64,000 bases of DNA, taken from NCBI GenBank assembly GCA_964634565.1, contig CAZWLP010000002.1:26856-90855 (forward strand), in the 5' to 3' direction. Below the pieces are notes generated by a model. The model was given only the letters and a program-made list of their open reading frames with translations, made no database searches and was not told the DNA's origin. This document shows, one piece after another, positions 1-9,348 of the stretch. The position numbers were made by a program, and so were the translations under genes. Position 1 is the first letter of the stretch, and each line of letters opens with the position of its first letter. Source of the DNA: an uncultured Rikenellaceae bacterium. GTDB taxonomy: Bacteria > Bacteroidota > Bacteroidia > Bacteroidales > VadinHA17.

Positions 1-1
1 A

Positions 2-565
<564 letters not shown>

Positions 566-594
566 CAACCTGACACTGGCTGCTAATAGCCTCA

Positions 595-655
595 GCTCTT
601 TCTCCGTCCGCCATAGTCCCGATTCCGGGTACCCGGGAGGGAAGAAGGTAGAGCC
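595..655. repeat. GC-rich imperfect palindrome in a convergent intergenic gap (possible bidirectional terminator or REP-like element)
   Basis: Perfect 12-nt palindrome ccgggtacccgg at 625..636, nested in imperfect arms gctctttctcc / ggaagaaggtagagc. No U-tract. Confidence 0.35.
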
Positions 656-656
656 C

Positions 657-1079
657 TTAGCCCAGATCCTCAATTATAACTTCATGTGTAATAATTATTG
701 AATCTCTGTATGTATAGCTTACTCCGCAATATTTATCCTGTGATAATTTAATTGCTGTATCTATCTTTTCCCTGGAAAGATCTTTTCCCTTAAATATGTA
801 TTTAATATGCATTTTATCAAAATGCTTCGGATGCGTCTCTGTTAGTTCTCCTTCTATTTCTATCTTAAGGTCTTCAAACGGAACCCTCATTTTCCTGAGA
901 ATAGAAGCAACATCCATTCCTGTACAACCAGCAAGAGAAGCAAGCATCAGGCTTTTGGGCTTAGGTCCCCGGTTTTCACCTCCTACTTCCTCAGAGGCAT
1001 CAATCATAAATTTATGCCCGTCGAGTGAAACCTCAAATGCCATTTTTCCCTTTAACTGTATTTCTGTCCTTTCTGTCAT
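657..1079 (-). CDS. OsmC/Ohr family peroxiredoxin-like protein
   Basis: MTERTEIQLKG...GENRGPKPKSLMLASLAGCTGMDV...DKYCGVS carries the two conserved Cys contexts of the OsmC family. I prefer the ATG at 1079 over the ORF-track start at 1112, which adds an implausible MKKKYIIIFFD. Confidence 0.8.
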   Translation of the reverse strand: MTERTEIQLKGKMAFEVSLDGHKFMIDASEEVGGENRGPKPKSLMLASLAGCTGMDVASILRKMRVPFEDLKIEIEGELTETHPKHFDKMHIKYIFKGKDLSREKIDTAIKLSQDKYCGVSYTYRDSIIITHEVIIEDLG

Positions 1080-1225
1080 ATCAAAAAAGATAATTATATA
1101 TTTTTTTTTCAAAACTACGCATTATTATCAAACCTATTAGCCATATTTGTATTGAAGTTAATATTTGATCTGTATTACGATCATATTAGCACCCAAAATG
1201 TGTGCATCGACGGTGAAATTGGATA

Positions 1226-1936
1226 ATGAAACAAAAAGAAATTTACATACCTTTTTGCGATAGTTGCCCTATAAGGTCCGGTTCTGTTTTTCGTAATCTT
1301 TCAAAAGAAGAAATAGAACTTATTAATTTTGAAAAAGATTATAAAAATTTTAACCGGGGGGAGCTGTTATATTCTGAAGGGAACCGACTGAATGGATTTT
1401 TTTGCATTCATAAGGGGATAATCAAAATTTTTAAAACAGGTATTGATGGTAAAGAGCAAATAATTAGATTTGCAAAACAAGGCGATATTATCGCATATCG
1501 CTCTATTCTTAGCAACGAGCCGGCCTGTACATCTGCAAAGGTTATTGAAGATGCTTCAGTGTGTCAAATTCCGGCTAAATTATTAATTGATTTTGCTAAG
1601 GAAAACTCAGCCTTTTCAATGGATGTTATGAAGCTAACCTGTCACGAGCTTGGTGTGGCTAACGCTTATATTACTGATATTGCACAAAAAACTGTAAGGG
1701 AAAGACTTGCCGAAATTATTATCCTTCTTATTAATGAATTCGGTCTTGACGAAAATAATTATCTTAATATCTCATTAACAAGGGAAGAGCTTGCAAATAT
1801 TGTAGGTACAGCAACAGAATCTGTAATAAGACTACTTTCCGAATTTAAATCAGATAATCTGATTGAACTTAAGGGTAGAAAAATAAAAATTCTTAACAAA
1901 AGGGCCCTTGATAAAATAAGTAATGTTTTCGGTTAA
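1226..1936 (+). CDS. Crp/Fnr family transcriptional regulator
   Basis: 236 aa. cNMP-binding-like beta-roll (GELLYSEGN...FFCIHKGIIKI) and C-terminal HTH (LTREELANIVGTATESVIRLLSEF). N-terminal CDSC pair. Confidence 0.85.
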   Translation: MKQKEIYIPFCDSCPIRSGSVFRNLSKEEIELINFEKDYKNFNRGELLYSEGNRLNGFFCIHKGIIKIFKTGIDGKEQIIRFAKQGDIIAYRSILSNEPACTSAKVIEDASVCQIPAKLLIDFAKENSAFSMDVMKLTCHELGVANAYITDIAQKTVRERLAEIIILLINEFGLDENNYLNISLTREELANIVGTATESVIRLLSEFKSDNLIELKGRKIKILNKRALDKISNVFG

Positions 1937-1968
1937 AAACATTAGCCTCCGCTTATCACATATTAAAA

Positions 1969-2139
1969 TTAATCTAAAATATTATTGATAATAAGATATG
2001 CTATCAATCCACCTACTATTAAACCAGCACTTAAAATCAACATACTGTTACTTTCCATTTTGGAAAACTCGGTCACAGCAAGAATAATTACTCCGATAAT
2101 TACAAATAAAATTCCCGATCTTTTTAATAATAGTTTCAT
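1969..2139 (-). CDS. Small two-TM membrane protein (56 aa), not in the ORF track
   Basis: Hand translation of the minus strand gives MKLLLKRSGILFVIIGVIILAVTEFSKMESNSMLILSAGLIVGGLIAYLIINNILD*. It has two hydrophobic helices and lies co-directionally 77 nt downstream of ruvB. Confidence 0.4.
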   Translation of the reverse strand: MKLLLKRSGILFVIIGVIILAVTEFSKMESNSMLILSAGLIVGGLIAYLIINNILD

Positions 2140-2216
2140 AATCAATTGTTTAACAGGTTGTAACCTTTACTCGTTTTAGGATAATAAATATAATTATTAG
2201 AATAAACTTACCAAAA

Positions 2217-3239
2217 TTAAAACAATAAACCAGATTCTCCTAATTTCTGTTTTCCAAGGTGAATATATGCTGTTTCCGTAGCCTCTCTTCCTCGCGGAGT
2301 TCTTTTAATATATCCTTCTTTGATCAGGAAGGGTTCATATACTTCTTCTATTGTCCCACTGTCTTCTCCAACGGCCGTTGATATAGTATTTAAACCAACA
2401 GGACCACCTTTAAATTTATCGATAATAACATTTAAAATCTTATTATCCATTTCATCCAGACCGTGTTTATCTATATTTAGTGATGTTAGGGAATACTTTG
2501 TAATATCAAGGTCTATATTACCATTTCCCTTTACCTGTGCAAAATCCCTTATTCTTCGTAATAATGCATTTGCTATCCTGGGAGTACCCCTGCTTCTTGT
2601 CGATATTTCATTGGATGCATCTTTTTCTATTGGCACATTAAGGATGCCAGCCGATCTGTTTACTATCGTACTTAATATTTTTGAATCATAATATTCAAGA
2701 TGCATTGTTATTCCAAATCTTGCCCTTAGCGGACTGGTAAGTAAGCCACTGCGTGTTGTTGCCCCAATTAATGTAAAGGGGTTTAGGGTAAGTTGTACAG
2801 ATCTGGCTCCGGGTCCTTTATCAATCATTATATCTATCTGGTAATCTTCCATTGCCGAATAAAGATATTCTTCAACAACAGGGCTCAGCCTGTGTATTTC
2901 ATCAATAAACAAAACATCTCCTTCTTCAAGACTGGTGAGTAAGCCGGCAAGATCTCCGGGTTTATCAAGAACAGGTCCGGATGTAACTTTAATATTTACA
3001 TTAAGTTCATTTGCAATTATGGTAGCGAGAGTTGTTTTTCCCAGTCCTGGCGGACCGTGTAACAAAACATGATCCAGTGCTTCTTCTCTCTGATTGGCAG
3101 CTGTTACGAACACTTTCAGATTATCAATAATCTTAGGCTGTCCTTTAAAATCATCAAATGAAAGAGGTCTGAGCTTTTTCTCAAATTCCCTGTCTGCGTT
3201 GGAAATAGTTTCCTTCTGGATATTAAATTCTTCCACCAT
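2217..3239 (-). CDS. ruvB: Holliday junction branch migration DNA helicase RuvB
   Basis: [12 protein letters not shown]...[14 protein letters not shown] (Walker A), [10 protein letters not shown] (Walker B), [13 protein letters not shown]. Length 340 aa. Confidence 0.97.
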   Translation of the reverse strand: MVEEFNIQKETISNADREFEKKLRPLSFDDFKGQPKIIDNLKVFVTAANQREEALDHVLLHGPPGLGKTTLATIIANELNVNIKVTSGPVLDKPGDLAGLLTSLEEGDVLFIDEIHRLSPVVEEYLYSAMEDYQIDIMIDKGPGARSVQLTLNPFTLIGATTRSGLLTSPLRARFGITMHLEYYDSKILSTIVNRSAGILNVPIEKDASNEISTRSRGTPRIANALLRRIRDFAQVKGNGNIDLDITKYSLTSLNIDKHGLDEMDNKILNVIIDKFKGGPVGLNTISTAVGEDSGTIEEVYEPFLIKEGYIKRTPRGREATETAYIHLGKQKLGESGLLF

Positions 3240-3248
3240 ACGGATGGC

Positions 3249-4808
3249 TTATTTTATTAATTTTACGTCGCTGGCAGGCAAATCTACCTTTACACCATTT
3301 ATCCGTTTCTCAACATCATCCTTATAAGTTATCGTCATTAAAAGTACACCATCCTGATCATATTTCTTCCAGGATCTTTGTTTTATACCCATTTTAAAAT
3401 ACTGTTCTTCCTTTATCTTTCCTGAATCCCAGTAATATATATGATAACCATCCGGGTTACCCTGTAAATAACTTCCCTTATATTCCAATGTTCCTTCATT
3501 ATCATAGTATTTCCATTCCCCGTCTCTTAATCCAATAATATAGTTACCCTCTTCCCTGTGATCACCAACTGTATATTTCCAGCTTCCGTTTTTTTCATTA
3601 TCTGTATAAAATCCACTACTTAAAATACTACCGTCTTCCGAATACTCAAAAAATTCTCCATCCCTTAATCCCTGATAATAATATTCTTCTCTTAAAATAT
3701 TGCCATTATCATAGTACCATTCCCATTTTCCATCAATTCTGCCGTTTCTATAGCCTCCTTTTTGAATTAATTTTCCTTTCTTATTATAAAAATTCCATTG
3801 ACCAAAGCGCCTGTTATTCTGGTAAGCTCCTTCTTCCATAAGTGATCCGTCGGGATAAAAGTTTTTCCAGTCTCCGGATCTCTGACCCTCTTCATTAATT
3901 ATCCCTTCTGATACAATTATTCCATTATCATTATAAATATATGAATTGATAACTTCACCGCTGATATTATATTCCCTGTGAATGCCAACTGGTGTTTCTT
4001 CCCTGTACGGACCGCTGTATATTAACCTTCCCTCTTTATCATACCGGTTTCTTATTTCAATATCAGGATCATCATCCAGACTTTCTTCAACAAGTTCACC
4101 ATGATCGTACAACATCGCCATAACAAGAAGCCCCCTCTCATTATATTCCCTGTAATATCCATGAAGAGCTCCATCAATATATGTCATATCCTTCTTAAGA
4201 CTTCCGTCAGGATAAAATTCCTTCCATTCTCCGGTTTTCTGATTTTCCTTATTATAGCGATTAATTTTTTCACGGGCTATTAAAAAATCATTATTATATT
4301 CATATAATGTAACTATCTGACCTTCATTATTATATTCTTTTGAAAGCCCCTGTTTTTTTCCCTCAGAATAGGGTATACTCTGTTTTATCTTGCCATCGGG
4401 AAAATAGATTAATCCGGTGCCTTCTCTAAGGTCTCCGGCATATAATTCTTTTGAAAACAGGTAAAGACCATAAAAATTATCTCTTTTATATTTCAAATAG
4501 TAACCACTTTTTTTACCCAGCAGATAATTTATTTTTTCAAGAGTATCTCCTGTTTGAGTATAAAAAACCCATATACTGTCAAGAAGAAAATTTCTTCTCT
4601 TTCCTTCAGATTTCAAAACTCCGGTAACATAATAACTTTTCCAGTATCCATCAGGCTTTCCATCCCTCATATTACCCTCACTTGATACTGTTCCATTTGG
4701 ATATTTAAAAATATGATACCCATCTTCCAGGTTATTTTGCTGCGAATATGAAAAGCCAGCTGACAAAAAAAACAGCAAAAAATATATATATAAATACCTA
4801 ATATTCAT
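3249..4808 (-). CDS. Secreted MORN-variant repeat protein (YwqK-like repeats)
   Basis: 519 aa with an N-terminal signal-like segment MNIRYLYIYFLLFFLSAGFSYSQ. This is followed by many tandem units of the type G.W..YY.nG.l..eG.Y..G...G.W. Confidence 0.8.
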   Translation of the reverse strand: MNIRYLYIYFLLFFLSAGFSYSQQNNLEDGYHIFKYPNGTVSSEGNMRDGKPDGYWKSYYVTGVLKSEGKRRNFLLDSIWVFYTQTGDTLEKINYLLGKKSGYYLKYKRDNFYGLYLFSKELYAGDLREGTGLIYFPDGKIKQSIPYSEGKKQGLSKEYNNEGQIVTLYEYNNDFLIAREKINRYNKENQKTGEWKEFYPDGSLKKDMTYIDGALHGYYREYNERGLLVMAMLYDHGELVEESLDDDPDIEIRNRYDKEGRLIYSGPYREETPVGIHREYNISGEVINSYIYNDNGIIVSEGIINEEGQRSGDWKNFYPDGSLMEEGAYQNNRRFGQWNFYNKKGKLIQKGGYRNGRIDGKWEWYYDNGNILREEYYYQGLRDGEFFEYSEDGSILSSGFYTDNEKNGSWKYTVGDHREEGNYIIGLRDGEWKYYDNEGTLEYKGSYLQGNPDGYHIYYWDSGKIKEEQYFKMGIKQRSWKKYDQDGVLLMTITYKDDVEKRINGVKVDLPASDVKLIK

Positions 4809-5804
4809 TTACAATCCTAGTCTATCTGATATTTCGAGCATCCTTTTAATTGGCCTGGCTGCACGTTCAATAATATTTTTATCCATAATCACCTCCGGAG
4901 ATTCGTATTTCAATGTATTATATATCTTATTCAAAGATATAAGTTTCATAAAATTACATTCATTACAACCACATGTAGAATCCTTTGGGGGAGCTGCAAT
5001 AAAAACCTTATCAGGGCATGCCTTTCTCATCTGGTGTAAAATTCCTGCTTCGGTACCAACAATATACTTTGCCGAGTCATCATTTTTTACATATTTTAGC
5101 ATTCCTCCTGTGGATCCTATAAAATCTGCTATCATCCGAACAGGTAATTCACATTCAGGATGTACAATTACAGAGGCATCTGGATGTTTTTCCTTTAAAC
5201 TAATAATTTTCTCAATAGAAAATTCTTCATGAACATGACACGCTCCTTCCCACACAAGCATATCCCTGTTAACCCTGCTATTAATATAATTACCAAGATT
5301 TCTGTCTGGTGCAAATATAAGTTTCTCCTCTTTGGGAAGAGATTCAACAATTTGAAAAGCATTTGAAGAAGTGCATACTATATCTGTAAGAGCCTTAATC
5401 TCTGCCGTAGAATTAACATAAGTTATTACAGTTCTGTCAGGATTGGCTTCTATAAATTTTCTGAATTCTTCAGGCGGACAAGAATCTGCAAGAGAACAGC
5501 CAGCATTAAGATCAGGGATTAAAACTTTTTTTTGAGGAGCCAGAAGCTTTGCTGTTTCAGCCATAAAATGAACTCCGGCAAAAAGAATAATATCTGCTTC
5601 TGATCTTTCTGCTTCTCTTGAAAGAGCAAGACTATCACCAACAAAATCAGCTATATCCTGTATATCTCCTGTCTGGTAAAAATGAGCAAGAATAACAGCA
5701 TTTTTTTCTTTTCTCATTCTTTTAATTTCTTCAATAACATTAATATCAGGATCAACTTCTATATCCAGATATCCTTTTGATAAATTTTCCACCTTATTAA
5801 ACAT
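4809..5804 (-). CDS. nadA: Quinolinate synthase NadA
   Basis: 331 aa. AVILAHFYQ, GDSLALSREA, FAGVHFMAETAK, CSLADSC, VCTSSNA, HPEC and TCGCNEC blocks are typical of NadA. Confidence 0.95.
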   Translation of the reverse strand: MFNKVENLSKGYLDIEVDPDINVIEEIKRMRKEKNAVILAHFYQTGDIQDIADFVGDSLALSREAERSEADIILFAGVHFMAETAKLLAPQKKVLIPDLNAGCSLADSCPPEEFRKFIEANPDRTVITYVNSTAEIKALTDIVCTSSNAFQIVESLPKEEKLIFAPDRNLGNYINSRVNRDMLVWEGACHVHEEFSIEKIISLKEKHPDASVIVHPECELPVRMIADFIGSTGGMLKYVKNDDSAKYIVGTEAGILHQMRKACPDKVFIAAPPKDSTCGCNECNFMKLISLNKIYNTLKYESPEVIMDKNIIERAARPIKRMLEISDRLGL

Positions 5805-6322
5805 ATATTATTAATATTATATATTTTAAAATTATTTATAATAATGTATATATGCTGTTGAAACTGTTTATAGAAAAATCAGAAATCTATTGATTTTTAC
5901 GTAATCAATAGTATAAAAACATCTTATCAACAGACCAAAAATTATACCGTTTTTGAAAATCAATAAGTTATCATCTTTATTAACAACTGTTAATACTGTA
6001 TTGTTAGTGTAATAAAAAATCAAAAATACTTCTTTTAATGTTTATTGAAGGTTAATTATTTTGTTTTATCTATTTAAAAAGAATGCTAGGATATAACAAC
6101 AATATTTATATAACAAAAGAATAATTTAAATAAACCCTTTTTATAATTTTAAGATACACTCGTTATACACAAATAATTAACATGATATGTAATGGTTTTA
6201 AACAATATACTCTCTCTGTTTGTTGCATTTGTGAACCCTGTAAGCTAAGAATAGATATAAAGATGCTAAAATCGTTTAATAATTCTTGGTATATTTAGAT
6301 CACACATAATACCATAATAAAA

Positions 6323-6769
6323 TTGAATAATAAAAAAATTGCCATAGCAGCCGATCATGCGGGTTTTGTTATTAAAGAAATGCTTATTAAATATCTTAGC
6401 AAAGAAGGATATAAGGTTAAAGATTTTGGTTGTTTCTCCGAAGAAAGTATAGATTATCCTGATTTTGCGCATCCTGCTGTTGCGGCCGTTGAAGCACATA
6501 GTTATGATCTGGGTATAACTGTTTGCGGAACGGGAAACGGGATAAATATGGTAGCCAACAAATATCCTGCAATCAGATCTGCTCTATGCTGGAACGAAGA
6601 GATAAGCAGGATGGCAAGAGCACATAATGATGCCAATGTATGTGCTTTACCTGGAAGATATCTGTCAGAATCAGAAGCTATTCTGATTATTAAAACTTTT
6701 CTTAATACTGCTTTTGAGGGGGGAAGACACGAAAGAAGAATAAAAAAAATACCTCTTAAACGCCTCTGA
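6323..6769 (+). CDS. rpiB: Ribose-5-phosphate isomerase B
   Basis: KIAIAADHAGF...VCGTGNGINMVANK...NDANVCALPGR is the RpiB/LacAB family signature. The start is an apparent TTG. Confidence 0.9.
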   Translation: MNNKKIAIAADHAGFVIKEMLIKYLSKEGYKVKDFGCFSEESIDYPDFAHPAVAAVEAHSYDLGITVCGTGNGINMVANKYPAIRSALCWNEEISRMARAHNDANVCALPGRYLSESEAILIIKTFLNTAFEGGRHERRIKKIPLKRL

Positions 6770-6771
6770 CT

Positions 6772-7212
6772 ATGTTATCAAATACCTGTAAGTATGGATT
6801 AAGGGCAATAGTATATATTGCCGGAAACAGTAATAACGGAGATAAAATCGGGATTAAAAAAATATCTGCCGACCTTGATTTACCAATGCCCTTTCTTGCT
6901 AAAATATTACAGTCGCTTGCCAAAAAAAAGATACTTTTATCTTCAAAAGGACCAAATGGAGGGTTTTCGCTTGCAAGACCATCAAAAGATATTTTCCTTA
7001 TAGAGGTAGTAAAAGCAATAGACGGAGATGATGTTTTTTCAAAATGTGTTCTTCATAACGACAATTGCATAAGCATTGATAAAAATAAAATTGCATGTGC
7101 CCTTCATGGCGATTATGTAAAACAAAGAAGCGGAATAGAAAAAATATTTGAAAGCAAATCTGTTTATAGCCTTGTAAATACAGCCATGAATTCTGAGGAT
7201 ATATTAATTTGA
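6772..7212 (+). CDS. Rrf2 family transcriptional regulator
   Basis: MLSNTCKYGLRAIVYIA... is an Rrf2 wHTH N-terminus. It has three Cys (C-x6-C-x9-C) in the C-terminal half and starts 2 nt after the rpiB stop. Confidence 0.85.
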   Translation: MLSNTCKYGLRAIVYIAGNSNNGDKIGIKKISADLDLPMPFLAKILQSLAKKKILLSSKGPNGGFSLARPSKDIFLIEVVKAIDGDDVFSKCVLHNDNCISIDKNKIACALHGDYVKQRSGIEKIFESKSVYSLVNTAMNSEDILI

Positions 7213-7223
7213 AGAATATAATT

Positions 7224-8357
7224 ATGTCAGGTATATATCTGCATATACCATTTTGTAAGAAGAAATGCCATTATTGTGATTTCTATAAAACACTTGATAT
7301 TGGTTTTTCCGATAGATTTATTAATTCTCTTATTAAAGAAATTGTACAGCGAAAAGACTACCTCTCCTCAGACAGTCCCGTTAGTACTATATATTTTGGA
7401 GGAGGAACGCCTTCTGTTTTAAGTATCGGACAGATAAGGAGGGTGCTAAAGTCCTTATCAAATAATTTTTCTATCGAAAAAGATGCGGAAATAAGTTTTG
7501 AGATCAATCCGGATGATGCAAATAAATCCTATTTAAAAGATCTTAAAAGAGAGGGAATCAACAGGCTTAGCATAGGAGTACAATCGTGGGACGATCGCTA
7601 TCTTAAAATGCTTAATAGAAGACATAGTGCAGAACAGGCTCTTAATGCCATTAAAACAGCCAGGGAAGAGGGCTTTGATAATATTTCTGTAGACCTTATT
7701 TATGGTATTCCCGGTATGACACCGGAAGAATGGGAAAAAATACTGGATACTACTTTTAAGCTGAACATAGAACATATTTCAGCCTATCATCTTACGATAG
7801 AGAAGAATACAATGTTTGGTAAAATGAAGGATCTTGGTCAGATCGAAGAGGTAGATGAGGAAATAAGTGAAAAAGAATTTGCCATTTTAACAGAACTTGC
7901 CCGCAGGTATAATTATGTTCATTATGAAATTTCCAATCTCTGCAAAGAGGGATTTTATTCTAAGCACAATACCTCTTACTGGAAACAGGTAAATTATCTT
8001 GGCCTTGGTCCGTCGGCCCACAGTTATAACTCTTATTCGAGACAATGGAATATTTCGGATATAGCTGAATATTTAGAAAAAACAGAAAAAGGAGGCGGGT
8101 ATTTTGAAAAAGAACTCCTTGATGAAAAAGTGAGGTATAATGAATATGTAATGACCACATTAAGAACAATATGGGGTGTTGATATGAATTATCTTGAAAC
8201 AAGCTTTAATAAGGAAACACACGACTACCTTTTAAATCTTTCATCAAGATTTATTAAATATGGAATGATTGTAAGAACAGCCGAAAATAATCTTGTACTT
8301 ACCGACCAGGGAAAGATGATATCGGATAATATAATTTCTGAATTGATGATGTTATAG
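7224..8357 (+). CDS. hemW: Radical SAM heme chaperone HemW (HemN-like, oxygen-independent coproporphyrinogen oxidase family)
   Basis: GIYLHIPFCKKKCHYCDF is the CxxxCxxC radical SAM motif, followed by GGGTPS and an HemN C-terminal domain. The ORF track starts at TTG 7209; ATG 7224 is preferred. Confidence 0.88.
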   Translation: MSGIYLHIPFCKKKCHYCDFYKTLDIGFSDRFINSLIKEIVQRKDYLSSDSPVSTIYFGGGTPSVLSIGQIRRVLKSLSNNFSIEKDAEISFEINPDDANKSYLKDLKREGINRLSIGVQSWDDRYLKMLNRRHSAEQALNAIKTAREEGFDNISVDLIYGIPGMTPEEWEKILDTTFKLNIEHISAYHLTIEKNTMFGKMKDLGQIEEVDEEISEKEFAILTELARRYNYVHYEISNLCKEGFYSKHNTSYWKQVNYLGLGPSAHSYNSYSRQWNISDIAEYLEKTEKGGGYFEKELLDEKVRYNEYVMTTLRTIWGVDMNYLETSFNKETHDYLLNLSSRFIKYGMIVRTAENNLVLTDQGKMISDNIISELMML

Positions 8358-9260
8358 CTACCTTGCTATTAACATAAACTCACCACTTCCAATATGTGAT
8401 CCTTCAAGATAGAGATCAACACCGTAATTTCCTCCGATAAAATCGCTTGTATTATTAACGAAAATACACATTTCAATATCCTGATTCATATAATCTATTG
8501 TTCTGCTTTCGGTAAAAATCATGGTTTCTTCCTCAAAATTAAAGATATTATCAGGAGAGGTTGTAATTACCAGTCCGTCGGGCCGCGTTACCCTTAGAAA
8601 GACAGTTTTTTTACCGGCTTCTGCAATAGGATTTTCCCTTAGCGTAAAACAAACTCTCAGATTTACCATTCTTTCAAGCCTGTCTGTTTCTTTTCTTTTT
8701 TTATTAAGACATACGGCAACAACATTTTTTGCCTGTATAACAGATGCTATTTCTACCTTGCTGCTTAGTTCTTGTTTAACCTTCGACAGCTCTTCGTTGT
8801 CGTAAGAAACACGCGACATTTCTTGTTTTATCTGCTGGTTTTCAGCAATAAGGATTTTATTACGTGTGTTAAGTGAATCTATTTGAACTATATAGCTTTT
8901 CATTATTTCCCGCATTGTGGTAATTTCCTTGCGGTAGGTTCTTATTGTTTGTGCATTGGAGGCGTTAATAGAAAGCAGTCTTTCTATTTTAGCACGCTCT
9001 TCTTCGAGATGTGCATTAAGAGTGTCATTATTTGATCTAAGCGTATCATAACCATGCATTAATAATATAAGCTCATTTGTAAGAGAGTCTTTTTCTTCTG
9101 TCAAAATTTGTTCCATCTCAAACATACTGCTGCGCTGCATAAAAAACATTATAATCAGGGCAGCAAGCAATGTTGCCAGAACACCAACAATTACAAAGAG
9201 AGCAAGTGGTTTTTTTGCTGGTAAAGAATTTTCTTTTTCGGGAGCTTTATTATTGTCCAT
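8358..9260 (-). CDS. Hypothetical membrane-anchored coiled-coil protein
   Basis: 300 aa. One TM helix (LALFVIVGVLATLLAALIIMFF), a long heptad-like region rich in E/K/L/N, and a beta-rich C-terminal domain of about 130 aa. No family recognised. Confidence 0.6.
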   Translation of the reverse strand: MDNNKAPEKENSLPAKKPLALFVIVGVLATLLAALIIMFFMQRSSMFEMEQILTEEKDSLTNELILLMHGYDTLRSNNDTLNAHLEEERAKIERLLSINASNAQTIRTYRKEITTMREIMKSYIVQIDSLNTRNKILIAENQQIKQEMSRVSYDNEELSKVKQELSSKVEIASVIQAKNVVAVCLNKKRKETDRLERMVNLRVCFTLRENPIAEAGKKTVFLRVTRPDGLVITTSPDNIFNFEEETMIFTESRTIDYMNQDIEMCIFVNNTSDFIGGNYGVDLYLEGSHIGSGEFMLIAR

Positions 9261-9348
9261 AATTTCTTTCTAATAACTTGAGCAAACAAATTTATAAATA
9301 ATCTATGAATAAAGTTATTTTTGAGAAGGAACAAAAAACCCGGACATA

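Noticed and set aside
1985-2179. 64-aa + strand ORF from the track
   Set aside because: The translation looks like the antisense of a membrane protein. The minus-strand 56-aa two-TM ORF (1969..2139) is the more plausible gene.
5850-5935. NAD+ riboswitch (nadA motif) upstream of nadA
   Set aside because: The nested hairpins lack the C-rich conserved core I remember for the nadA motif. It is retained only as a low-interest inverted-repeat observation.
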